DNA from: an uncultured cyanobacterium
GTDB lineage: Bacteria > Cyanobacteriota > Cyanobacteriia > Cyanobacteriales > Nostocaceae
DNA length: 64,000 nt
Direction: 5' to 3'
NCBI GenBank assembly: GCA_963740315.1
Contig: CAVUDP010000004.1
Coordinates: forward strand, 128,001-192,000
Shown piece after piece: positions 55,153 to 64,000 of the stretch. The notes under the pieces are model-generated. The model made no database searches, was not told where the DNA came from, and was given only the letters and a program-made list of their open reading frames with translations. Every line of letters starts with the position of its first letter. Positions within the stretch are counted from its first letter, which is position 1. Made by a program: the position numbers and the translations under genes.

Positions 55153-57282
55153 GTCGGGGGTAATTGGTAAATCACGAATCCGTTTACCTGTTGCATGATA
55201 AACAGCATTTGCTACCGCAGCAGCTACTCCTGTAATGCCAATTTCACCGATACCTTTTGTACCAATTGGATTAACATAATTATCAACTTCCTCAATCATT
55301 TCTATGTCAATATCGGGAATATCGGCATTTACGGGAACGTGGTATTCTCCTAAGTTAGCATTCATGACGCGACCTAAATTTGGATCGACTACGGTTTCTT
55401 CCATCAATGCCATGCCGATACCCATGATGATACCGCCCATGAATTGCGATCGCGCTGTCTTCTCATTCAATATCTTTCCGCAAGCGAAGGCTCCTGTATA
55501 ACGGTTAATCCGCACTTCTCCAAAATCGGGATCGATTCTTACTTCGACAAATTGAGCGCCAAAAGCGTGTTTTGAGTACTTTTTGTCTTGTGATGACTGG
55601 GCATCGTATTCTATTTCAATTTGTTGTTGATTATTTTTCGCCAGGATATCTGCACAATCTTCGATTGTTAAAGAATCATCTTGGTTTTTACCGCCAAGCT
55701 CTAACACCTTTGCTTGCAATCCTTTGACAGCACCATATACTGCACTACCAACGCTACTTACTGTCATCGAACCACCGCTGACGGGTGCTTTTGGTAATCT
55801 GGTATCACCATATTCAAAGCAGACTCTTTCAAAGGGGAAACCCAAAGTATCGGCGATCAGTTGCGCCATCACGGTAGCCGTACCACCACCCATATCGTGA
55901 GTGCTGCTTTGTACCACTACGCTACCATCTGCTAACATTTTGGCTTTAGCTGAAGCGGGTGAGGTAAAGGCTGGATAAGTTGCTGTTGCCATACCTATAC
56001 CAATTAAATAGCGTCCATCGCGCATCGAACCGATTTCGGGATTGCGTTTCGACCAGCCAAATTTCTCCGCACCAACTTGGTAACATTCTTTCAGAGATTT
56101 ACTCGACCAAGGTAAATTTTCGTCAGGATCTGTATCGGCATGATTGATTAATCTTAACTCGATGGGGTCAATTTTTAAAGCGTAAGCAAGTTCATCCATC
56201 GCCGATTCTAAAGCATAAACCCCCGGAGCTTCCCCAGGGGCACGCATAAATGTAGGTGTAACTCGATTCAAACGTATCAAACGCTGGGAAGCCTGCAAAT
56301 TATCGCAAGCGTACAGCATATGAGTTGCAATGGTGAAAGGTTCGGCGAACTGATCGTACATTGAAGTATGAGAAATACCATCGTGGATAATTGCCGTTAA
56401 CTTACCTTCCTTAGTCGCTCCTAGCTTAACCTGTTGCTCGGTTTCGGCACGATGCCCAACAACGTTAAACATATCTTCGCGAGTTAAAACCAATTTTACC
56501 GGACGATTAACCTGACGAGAGGCAATTACTGGTAAGATCATATGCGACCAAAAAGCACCTTTGCAACCAAATGCACCACCGATAAACTGGCATATCACCC
56601 GTACATTTTCTTCCGGAATTTCTAAACTTGTTGCTAAAGCTTTTCTTGTTCCGTAAGTATTTTGCGTGGAAGTATAAACTGTTAATGTATCGTTTTCCCA
56701 TACAGCAGTTGTTGCCGAAGGTTCTATGGGATTATGATTTTCAGTAGGTGTTGTGTAAGTTTCCGAAATTTTAACATCCGCAGAATTAAAAGCATCTTCA
56801 GGATTACCTCTAACAACTTTCGGTGGTTTTCCCATTACCGTTTGTGGTTCAAATTCTTCTTCTCGCTGGTTTTGCATCTCCATAATTGGAGTAACTTCAT
56901 CATAGGTAAATAGCACCAAAGAAGCAGCATAAGTTGCTTGCTCTAATGTATCTGCAATTACTACCCCAATATGTTCGCCGCTGTAATGAACAGAATTATC
57001 TTGTAAAGGTGAATAGTCTTCTGCCGCACTTCCACCTTGCATAAAAGTTTTTAAAGGTTCTAATTTAGGCGCATTTTCATGAGTAATGATATCGATAACG
57101 CCAGGTAAACTTTCTGCCGCACTCGTATCAATACTTGTAATTTTTCCCCTTGCTATAGTGCTAGGAATAGCAACAGCATAAGCAAGATTCTCTTGGGGAA
57201 ATTCAGCCGAATAATGTGCCCCACCAGTAACTTTAAGATTACCGTCAACGCGATTTAAAGGTTTTCCGATTGTTTGAGTCAT
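55141..57282 (-). CDS. Xanthine dehydrogenase-family molybdopterin-binding subunit (PaoC/YagR-like)
   Basis: RVDG.LKVTG.A.Y, HNPIEP, GGAFG.KG, FMRAPGE, HDMGGG, GGS.T, SQ.MGG..MG.G.AL.E, KGIGEIG, GKRIRDLPITPDK. Confidence 0.95.
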   Translation of the reverse strand: MTQTIGKPLNRVDGNLKVTGGAHYSAEFPQENLAYAVAIPSTIARGKITSIDTSAAESLPGVIDIITHENAPKLEPLKTFMQGGSAAEDYSPLQDNSVHYSGEHIGVVIADTLEQATYAASLVLFTYDEVTPIMEMQNQREEEFEPQTVMGKPPKVVRGNPEDAFNSADVKISETYTTPTENHNPIEPSATTAVWENDTLTVYTSTQNTYGTRKALATSLEIPEENVRVICQFIGGAFGCKGAFWSHMILPVIASRQVNRPVKLVLTREDMFNVVGHRAETEQQVKLGATKEGKLTAIIHDGISHTSMYDQFAEPFTIATHMLYACDNLQASQRLIRLNRVTPTFMRAPGEAPGVYALESAMDELAYALKIDPIELRLINHADTDPDENLPWSSKSLKECYQVGAEKFGWSKRNPEIGSMRDGRYLIGIGMATATYPAFTSPASAKAKMLADGSVVVQSSTHDMGGGTATVMAQLIADTLGFPFERVCFEYGDTRLPKAPVSGGSMTVSSVGSAVYGAVKGLQAKVLELGGKNQDDSLTIEDCADILAKNNQQQIEIEYDAQSSQDKKYSKHAFGAQFVEVRIDPDFGEVRINRYTGAFACGKILNEKTARSQFMGGIIMGIGMALMEETVVDPNLGRVMNANLGEYHVPVNADIPDIDIEMIEEVDNYVNPIGTKGIGEIGITGVAAAVANAVYHATGKRIRDLPITPDKVM

Positions 57283-57429
57283 TTCGATTTTGGATTTTAG
57301 ATTTTAGATTTTAGATTAATTCTTCTCAGCGCTCCTTTGCGAAAATCTCTGCGTTACTCTGCGTTTTAAAAAAATCTTGTATTTAAACGCAAAGGCACGC
57401 AAAGGTTAGCGCGGAGGTTCGCAGAGGGT

Positions 57430-58422
57430 TTATTGTGCTAAAGTCGTCAATGCACGAACGATCGCCCTTTTCGCAAGTTCAATTTTGAAATTATTATGTT
57501 GATAACCATGACTTCCTTCTAATGCGGTTTCTGCGGCTTGTCTAAATACTTCCTCGCTGGGAGTTGCACCAATTAAAATTTCTTCTGCATTCGTTGCTCT
57601 CCAAGGTTTATGAGCTACTCCACCCATTGCCAAACGCGCTGTTTTAATAGAATTATTTTCAATTTCCAATACAGCAGCAACTGAAACTAAAGCAAAAGCA
57701 TAAGAAGCTCTATCTCTAACTTTTAAGTAATAAGATTTTGCCCCAGAATTAGATAAATGAGATGGAGGTAAATCGACGGCGGTTATTAATTCGTTTTCTT
57801 GTAAATTAGTATCTATATTTGGGGTATCTCCCGGTAAACGATGAAATTCTGTGCATGGTATTTCTCTTTCTTCACCCGATGCACTCACAACTCTCACAAC
57901 TCCATCCAAAGCGGCTAAAGCAACGCACATATCTGAGGGATGAGTAGCAATACAATTTTCGGAAGCGCCTAAAATAGCATGAATTCGGTTAAAACCTTCC
58001 ACCGCCGGACATCCAGAACCCGGTTCTCTTTTATTGCAAGGTGTTGCGGTATCGTAGAAATAATAGCAACGAGTTCTTTGCATTAAGTTTCCGCCAACTG
58101 TCGCCATATTGCGTAACTGCTGAGTTGCACCGGAAAGCAAAGCTTGCGATAACAAAGGATATCTTTCTCGAATCAAAGGATGATTTGCAGTAGCAGTATT
58201 ACGAGCTAAAGCACCAATACGCACACCACCATTGGGTAATTCCGTAATTTCAGCCAGCGGTAACTTAGTGATATCGATTAAACTATCCGGTACTTCCACA
58301 CCAGATTTCATCAAATCGAGTAAATTAGTACCGCCACCGATTATTTTTGCTTGGTTATTACTGCTTAATTCTTGTACCGCAGCATTGGAAGAATCAGCTT
58401 TTTGATAATTAAATGGTTTCAT
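57430..58422 (-). CDS. FAD-binding subunit (PaoB/YagS-like, with 4Fe-4S Cys cluster)
   Basis: GGGTNLLDLMK, QLRNMATVGGNLMQRTRC, CNKR.PGSGC, CIATHPSDM, YLKVRDRASYAFA. Confidence 0.95.
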   Translation of the reverse strand: MKPFNYQKADSSNAAVQELSSNNQAKIIGGGTNLLDLMKSGVEVPDSLIDITKLPLAEITELPNGGVRIGALARNTATANHPLIRERYPLLSQALLSGATQQLRNMATVGGNLMQRTRCYYFYDTATPCNKREPGSGCPAVEGFNRIHAILGASENCIATHPSDMCVALAALDGVVRVVSASGEEREIPCTEFHRLPGDTPNIDTNLQENELITAVDLPPSHLSNSGAKSYYLKVRDRASYAFALVSVAAVLEIENNSIKTARLAMGGVAHKPWRATNAEEILIGATPSEEVFRQAAETALEGSHGYQHNNFKIELAKRAIVRALTTLAQ

Positions 58423-58569
58423 CTTTTTCAGTGAACAGTGAACAGTGAGCAGTGAGCAGTGAGCAGTGAGCAGTGAGCAGTGAGCAGTTAGGAGTTAAGA
58501 ATTAAGAGTTAATAATTTCTACCCCCTCTTCCCACTCTTCCCCCTCTACCCCCTCTCTCTTTTGACCTG

Positions 58570-59952
58570 TTAAAGTAATTTATCCAAAGTTATCGGTAAA
58601 TCGCGAACCCGCTCGTCATGATTACGCATCGAACCGGGTTTTGGATTACGCTTATCCCAACCAAATTTATCCGCACCAACCTGGTAACATTCTTTCAAAG
58701 ACTTACTCGACCAAGGACGGTTATCATGAGGATCGACATCGGCGTAATTTCGCAAACGCAACTCGATGGGGTCAATATTAAGTTTATAAGCTAACTCATC
58801 CATGCCACATTCAAGCGCAAAACTACCGATACCTTCACCCGGTACGTGCATCATGTTTGCTTTGGGTGCGTTAACTTTAATGACGCGATGAGTCATGGAA
58901 AAATTAGGACAAGCATACATCATCCGCGAGATAGCACCCGTGGGTTCGGCATAAGTTTCAAACTGCCAGGTTTCCTCAGTAGTATCGTGAGCGATCGCCG
59001 TTAACTTTCCATCTTTTTTAGCACCAAGCCGCAAATGCTGCACCATCGGCGGACGATGCCCGTTAGAAGTATACATCTGTTGGCGAGTCAAGGTTAATTT
59101 TACTGGTCTACCAACTTTACGAGCGGCAACAGCAGCTAAAATAACATGAGTCCATACTCTACCTTTACAGCCGAAACTACCTCCTACAAAAGGTGCAATT
59201 ACGCGGATATTAGATACCGGAATTTGCAAAGTTGTTGCTAAAACCCGTTGTGCGCCGAAAACTGCATTCGATGAATCGTAAACCGTTAATTGTTCCCCCT
59301 GCCAAACAGCCGTCGTGGAATGGGGTTCCATCGGGTTGTGATGGTGCGTTGGCGTGGTATAAGTTTCATCGATTACGATATCGGCTTCGGTAAATCCCGC
59401 ATCCACACCACCGCGTTTGTCATCGGGTTTATCGCCAATAATGTCATGAGGTTTAAAAGCCTTCGGCAAACAAGAAGCCCACTCGTGAGGAGTACCCGCT
59501 TCAAAACCTTGAGCAAGCGCATCTGCAAACGAACTTACTGCCGATTCCTCTTCATAACTAACCTTAATTAAAGAAGCCGCATATTCTGCATTTTCCAAAG
59601 TATCGGCAACAACCACCGCAATATGCTGTCCGTTATGGTCGATATTTGCACTTTGCATCGGTAAATGACTTTGAGCAGCAAATACGGGGTCTAAAGGTTG
59701 GATATATTCAGGTAAAGCGCCAAATTTAGGGGTATTTTCATGAGTAATTATTTCTAAAACCCCTGGAAAAGCTTTTGCTGCTTTAGTATCGATTTCTTTT
59801 ATCTTCCCCTTGACAATAGTACTTTTAACTAAAATACCGTAAGCAAGATTCTCCACCTGATGTTCCGCTGAATAACGAGCCGCACCAGTTACCTTGAGCC
59901 TTCCATCAACACGATTTAAAGATTTCCCTACCGATTGCGTGACTGTATTCAT
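58570..59952 (-). pseudogene. Second molybdopterin subunit with in-frame internal deletion of most of the C-terminal Moco-binding half
   Basis: Collinear with 55141-57282 up to GSMR, then jumps to RVRDLPITLDKLL; 460 aa vs 713 aa. Confidence 0.8.
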
Positions 59953-60055
59953 CAGTTATCAGTTATCAGTGAACAGTGAACGGTGAACGGTGAACGGTGA
60001 ACAGTGAGCAGTGAACAGTTATCAGTGAACAGTTATCAGTAACCAGTTATCAGTT
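59952..60055. repeat. STRR heptamers (CAGTTAT/CAGTGAA)
   Basis: Visible runs; similar runs at 58428-58510, 60140-60200 and 62742-62800. Confidence 0.9.
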
Positions 60056-60202
60056 AAAAATTGGGGATTAGTAATTGCTAATTGAAAACAGCTAGGGAGC
60101 AAGATCCGGACACTACAAATGATTGACAAATTTTCTCCTTGTCCCCCCGTCTCCCCATCCCCCCATCTCCCTATCTCCCCATCTCCCCCTCTCCCCACAC
60201 CT

Positions 60203-60784
60203 TTAACCTTTAACCTGATAAGCTTCCTTAACGGCAGCGACAATATGCGGATAAGCACCGCAGCGACAAAGATTTCCGCTCATGCGTTCGCGAATTTCGA
60301 TGTCGGTTAATTCAATCGATGCATTGGGGTTGGCAATTTCTTCTAAATCCGTTACCATACTCGCTTGCCCTGCTTCTATTTCATCAAGTAAAGCCACAGC
60401 AGAGCAAATTTGACCCGAAGTACAGTAACCGCATTGAAAACCATCATTATTTATAAATGCAGCCTGTAATGCATGAAGTTCGTCGCCTGTACTCAAGCCT
60501 TCGATAGTTGTAATCTCGTCGCCTTCATGCATTACAGCTAAAGCCAGACAAGAATTAATGCGATCGCCATTTACTAAAACGGTACAAGCACCACACTGTC
60601 CGTGGTTGCAACCTTTTTTACTCCCAGTTAAATCTAAACGTTCGCGCAACGCATCCAAAAGAGTAACGCGGGGTTCAATATTTAAAGTGTGTTCCTTACC
60701 GTTAACTTGTAATGTAACCTGAACGGTATCAACGCTGTTGTTTCCTAAAGCAGTCGATAGCGGATTTGGCGTAGTTGTAGTCAT
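60203..60784 (-). CDS. 2Fe-2S subunit (PaoA/YagT-like)
   Basis: TLLDALRE.L.LTGSKKGCNHGQCGACTV, NSCL, FQCGYCTSGQ, MSGNLCRCGAY; no twin-Arg leader. Confidence 0.95.
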   Translation of the reverse strand: MTTTTPNPLSTALGNNSVDTVQVTLQVNGKEHTLNIEPRVTLLDALRERLDLTGSKKGCNHGQCGACTVLVNGDRINSCLALAVMHEGDEITTIEGLSTGDELHALQAAFINNDGFQCGYCTSGQICSAVALLDEIEAGQASMVTDLEEIANPNASIELTDIEIRERMSGNLCRCGAYPHIVAAVKEAYQVKG

Positions 60785-60894
60785 TTTGAATAATTCCTAT
60801 CCCTCTCGGAAATTTTAAATCTTGACTTGAGGGAGTAGTACTATCGGAAGAGGTATGTTGGGCGAACTACATAAAAATTAAAGCCGCAAGCAGT

Positions 60895-61093
60895 TAAGTG
60901 GGTGTGCCTTCATTATTTGTGTCATTGCGTTAGCGCAGCGTGTCCGATAGGACATGCGACAGCGGATCTTTCTCAAGGTCTTGCGATGAACCGCACCCTA
61001 CGGGTGAATGCTTCGTTTCACTTAGCCGCACGCTCCGCGTGAACGTTCCACTCGCTTCGGACAAATGCACAATTAATTTTGCCTAAGTACTTA
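60895..61093. mobile_element. Composite MITE with two 21-nt insertions
   Basis: TAAGTGGGTGTGCCTTCATTATTTGT...ACAATTAATTTTGCCTAAGTACTTA shell; inserts at 60988-61008 and 61023-61043. Confidence 0.7.
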
Positions 61094-61324
61094 TTAGTTA
61101 TCAGTAACCAGTTATTGAAGAAATCAACCCAAAGGCTAATGTAAATTATCCGAACTGCTCCAAGAGCAAATAAATTATTACTTGGGATAAAAAAGCAAGT
61201 TCAACAAATTACAAATATCATTCATCGGGATGAAAATTAACTGATTGAACGTTTTTCGCTACCAATTTCCCATAAACTATGAGTGAGTGACCCCGATCGA
61301 ATCGCCTTGAGGAGATGCCCGAAT

Positions 61325-62725
61325 GTGACCGAAATGAACAACGTAGCTTCTGTCATTCAGGAATCAACACGCCGGGAATTACGGGATTTAGTACGAACTC
61401 AATTGCAAATGCTGCTCGAACAAGGTGACTTGCGAGGAGCAAAGGCAATTCTCGTACCAGTGCAGCCTGCGGATACGGCGGAGGTAATTGAAGGTTTACC
61501 CGAAACAATGCACGCTTTGGTGTTTCGCTTGCTTTCCAAAAATGAAGCAATCGAGGTTTACGAATATCTCGATCGCAGCGTTCAAGAAAAGTTGATTGAG
61601 GAATTTCGTTCCCAGGAAGTGCTTGACATTGTTGATAAAATGTCACCAGACGATCGCGCCAGGTTATTTGATGAGTTACCAGCAAAAGTTGTTAATCGCC
61701 TCTTAGAACAACTTAGTCCGGCTCAAAAAGAAGCTACTGCTCAGCTTTTGGGTTATGAAGCCGGTACTGCTGGGCGTATCATGACTCCCGAACTGATCTT
61801 GCTCAAGGAAAATTTTACCGTGGCGCAAGCTTTGGAGCGGATTCGCCGTCAAGCTAACGCCAGCGAGATGATTTATTATCTTTACGTTACCGATGATGCT
61901 AGACGTTTATCTGGTATTGTTTCGTTGAGACAGTTGGTAACGGCTAACACGGAACAAAAAATTAGCGAAATCATCAGTCGCGATCCAATCTACGTTTACA
62001 CCGATACCGATCAAGAAGAAGTCGCCAGAGTTATCCAAAAGTATGATTTTCTAGCCGTACCCGTAGTAGATAGAGAGCAAAGATTAGTAGGTATTGTTAC
62101 GGTCGATGATGTTATAGATATTATCCAAGAAGAAACTACCGAAGATATTTATGCCCTCGGTGGTGGCGTACAATCTAGCGGCGACAACTATTTTCAAACA
62201 GATTTATTTACCGTTGCTCGCAAGCGCGTAGTTTGGTTATTGGTATTATTAGTCACTAATACCGTAACGGGAACGATTATTAAATCACAAGAAGATATTT
62301 TACAAAAAGTCGTAACTTTAGCAGCTTTCATTCCCTTACTTACAGGTACTGGAGGTAACGTCGGCGCTCAATCTTCCACGGTGGTAATTCGCGGCATGAA
62401 TACCGATGAAATCCGCTCCCTGGGCACAGTTCGGGTAGTTGCCAGAGAAGCGATCGCAGGTGCAATATTAGGAGTAACATTAGGAACCATTGCTACCTTA
62501 TGGGCATACCTACTGCAAGGTAACTTACAAGTTGCGATCGCAGTTGGTACTAGTTTGGTTGCGATTTCGATATTAGCTTCAATTTCTGGTTCGGCGCTAC
62601 CGTTTTTATTCCGCTTCATGAAGTTAGATCCAGCGTTGATGTCTGCACCATTTATTACTACAGCGGTGGATGTTGCGGGTGTGTTGATTTACTTCGGTTT
62701 GGCAAGATTTATTCTTAAATTGTGA
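61325..62725 (+). CDS. mgtE: Magnesium transporter MgtE
   Basis: MgtE N-domain (PAD.AE, MSPDDRA), TAGRIMT, CBS pair, GTGGNVGAQS, DPALMSAPFITTAVD; start uncertain (61283/61325/61334). Confidence 0.96.
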   Translation: MTEMNNVASVIQESTRRELRDLVRTQLQMLLEQGDLRGAKAILVPVQPADTAEVIEGLPETMHALVFRLLSKNEAIEVYEYLDRSVQEKLIEEFRSQEVLDIVDKMSPDDRARLFDELPAKVVNRLLEQLSPAQKEATAQLLGYEAGTAGRIMTPELILLKENFTVAQALERIRRQANASEMIYYLYVTDDARRLSGIVSLRQLVTANTEQKISEIISRDPIYVYTDTDQEEVARVIQKYDFLAVPVVDREQRLVGIVTVDDVIDIIQEETTEDIYALGGGVQSSGDNYFQTDLFTVARKRVVWLLVLLVTNTVTGTIIKSQEDILQKVVTLAAFIPLLTGTGGNVGAQSSTVVIRGMNTDEIRSLGTVRVVAREAIAGAILGVTLGTIATLWAYLLQGNLQVAIAVGTSLVAISILASISGSALPFLFRFMKLDPALMSAPFITTAVDVAGVLIYFGLARFILKL

Positions 62726-62796
62726 TTGTTGTGATTAAAGTTAGGGAGTAGGGAGTAGGGAGTAGAAAGTAGAAAGTAGAAAGTAGAGGGAGTAGA

Positions 62797-62936
62797 AAGT
62801 AGGTACTCATGCCTTCATTAATTGTATATTGTCATTGCGAGTGCAGCGTTCACCCGTAGGGTGCGGTTCATCGCAAGGGTTTGGGATTGCTTCACGCAGT
62901 GAACAATGACACAAATAATGAAGGCATACCCACTTA
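62797..62936. mobile_element. Composite MITE with a 21-nt insertion in a HIP1 site
   Basis: ATGCCTTCATTA...TAATGAAGGCAT IR shell, nested GTCATTG...CAATGAC, insert at 62849-62869. Confidence 0.7.
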
Positions 62937-63105
62937 GAAAGTAGAAAGTAGGGAGTAGTAAATATACAAATAATGTAGGTTTGACTACTTATAAAATCGC
63001 TATATTCATAAATCAACTCAAATGGTGCGTTACGGCATCATCAAATTTATAACCACTTTCATAAAAATTAAAGCCGTAACACACCCGCGCATACTGGTAA
63101 CTGAT

Positions 63106-63363
63106 TTACAATTTTCCTGGAGAATCGGGAGCAACAATTTCTCCTTCACCCATATTTAAAAGCATATCTTGGTCGGTAATCAATTCGTTGAGTTCGGAAA
63201 CTTGTAAATTCATCTCTTCACAAGCATTACTCAGTTCTTGTCTAAATGTATTTAGATCGGTACCATAGCCACATAAAAAAGCAGCCGTTTCTATGCCTTG
63301 CTTGGCGTTTGCTTTCGCGCAATCTACTAAATCAGTTCCTTTTAGTGGTGTAGAAGATGCCAT
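63106..63363 (-). CDS. Hypothetical protein
   Basis: Likely start MASSTPLKGTDLVDCAKANAKQG...CGYG.D...F; alternative start 63429. Confidence 0.7.
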   Translation of the reverse strand: MASSTPLKGTDLVDCAKANAKQGIETAAFLCGYGTDLNTFRQELSNACEEMNLQVSELNELITDQDMLLNMGEGEIVAPDSPGKL

Positions 63364-63594
63364 ATGTATATTTGTAATCAGGTTAACAATATTCATAGCC
63401 ATGTTAACAGCAGTTGTGAATATACTCATCTCTCCAATGGTTGAAGCGCTTTTCGACTATTAGGAATAAATTTGAGTGTTAATTCCAACAAAGAATCAAT
63501 CAAAGAGCGGCAGCATTTTTTAATCGTGCTAGCGTAATGCTGCGATAGGTAGTTTTTAACTGATAATTATTGATAATAAATGATAATTGATGCA

Positions 63595-64000
63595 ATGCTT
63601 CATATAACTGATTTAGAACAACTAGAAAAATTTCGCCATCTTCAATCAGGCTTACGCGATCGCTGGAAGTGCATCGAAGGTGATGAAAGCGATACGAGTG
63701 ATGTTGATATTTTAGTGATTCCTTCCCTTAGTCTCGATCAACGAGAACTTAAGAAGGTGGAAGGTTACGAACATTATGAAGAAAGATTATTGTTTGCTTT
63801 AATTCGCTTATGGAACCCCCGCAACCGTTTAGTTTACGTGACATCGGTACCTCTACATCCGAGTATTGTCGATTATTATTTGCAACTTTTACCGGGGATT
63901 CCTTTTTCACACGCTCGCAATCGCTTGTTGTTGCTTTCTACTTACGATTCTTCCCTCAAACCCCTTAGTCAAAAGATTTTAGAACGTCCCCGGTTATTAC
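63595..64000 (+). CDS. PGM1-related peptide ligase / ATP-grasp protein (5' partial, runs off right edge)
   Basis: Manual translation: ...DILVIPSLSLDQREL.KVEG.EHYEERLLF.LIRL.NP..RLVYVTS.PLHP.IVDYYLQLLPGIPFSHAR.RL.LLS.YD.S.KPLSQKIL.RPRL. Confidence 0.75.
   Translation, partial: MLHITDLEQLEKFRHLQSGLRDRWKCIEGDESDTSDVDILVIPSLSLDQRELKKVEGYEHYEERLLFALIRLWNPRNRLVYVTSVPLHPSIVDYYLQLLPGIPFSHARNRLLLLSTYDSSLKPLSQKILERPRLL

Noticed and set aside
1..64000. High frequency of GCGATCGC
   Set aside because: Ordinary HIP1 signature of cyanobacteria; used only as a taxonomic clue.

Overview
AT-rich chromosomal window from a cyanobacterium. Dense HIP1 (GCGATCGC) octamers and STRR-type heptamer/octamer repeats suggest a filamentous heterocyst-forming Nostocales genome (inference). 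Left to right: the start of an exopolysaccharide cluster (PssD/PssE-like pair, GumC/Wzc-like gene running off the left edge); DUF1517 protein; Ser/Thr kinase-FGE fusion; a complete siderophore uptake island (tonB, exbB, exbD, AraC, TonB-dependent receptor, fhuCDB-like ABC) with Fur-like boxes; a secreted-type TPR-CHAT protease; a Tat-signal SDR; a small toxin-antitoxin/decaying gene patch; KTSC (with LexA-like box), DUF925, DUF4870, RTX, HAD and msrA genes; an extended RNA-repair cluster (hen1, stand-alone PNK-type kinase, Thg1-like 3'-5' polymerase, Tat-signal P1 peptidase, pnkp); a response regulator/CHASE2 kinase/DUF928/CHAT/TpsA module bracketed by two paralogous five-repeat acidic proteins; fibrillin and SufU; a PaoABC-type molybdo-flavoenzyme cluster with an internally deleted extra large subunit, xdhC and mocA; mgtE; and a partial PGM1-like ATP-grasp gene. 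Intergenic DNA carries many REP/MITE-like elements, some nested, including 21-nt insertions into HIP1 sites. I saw no rRNA, tRNA, CRISPR array or intact transposase. All product calls come from motif recognition by eye, not database searches.
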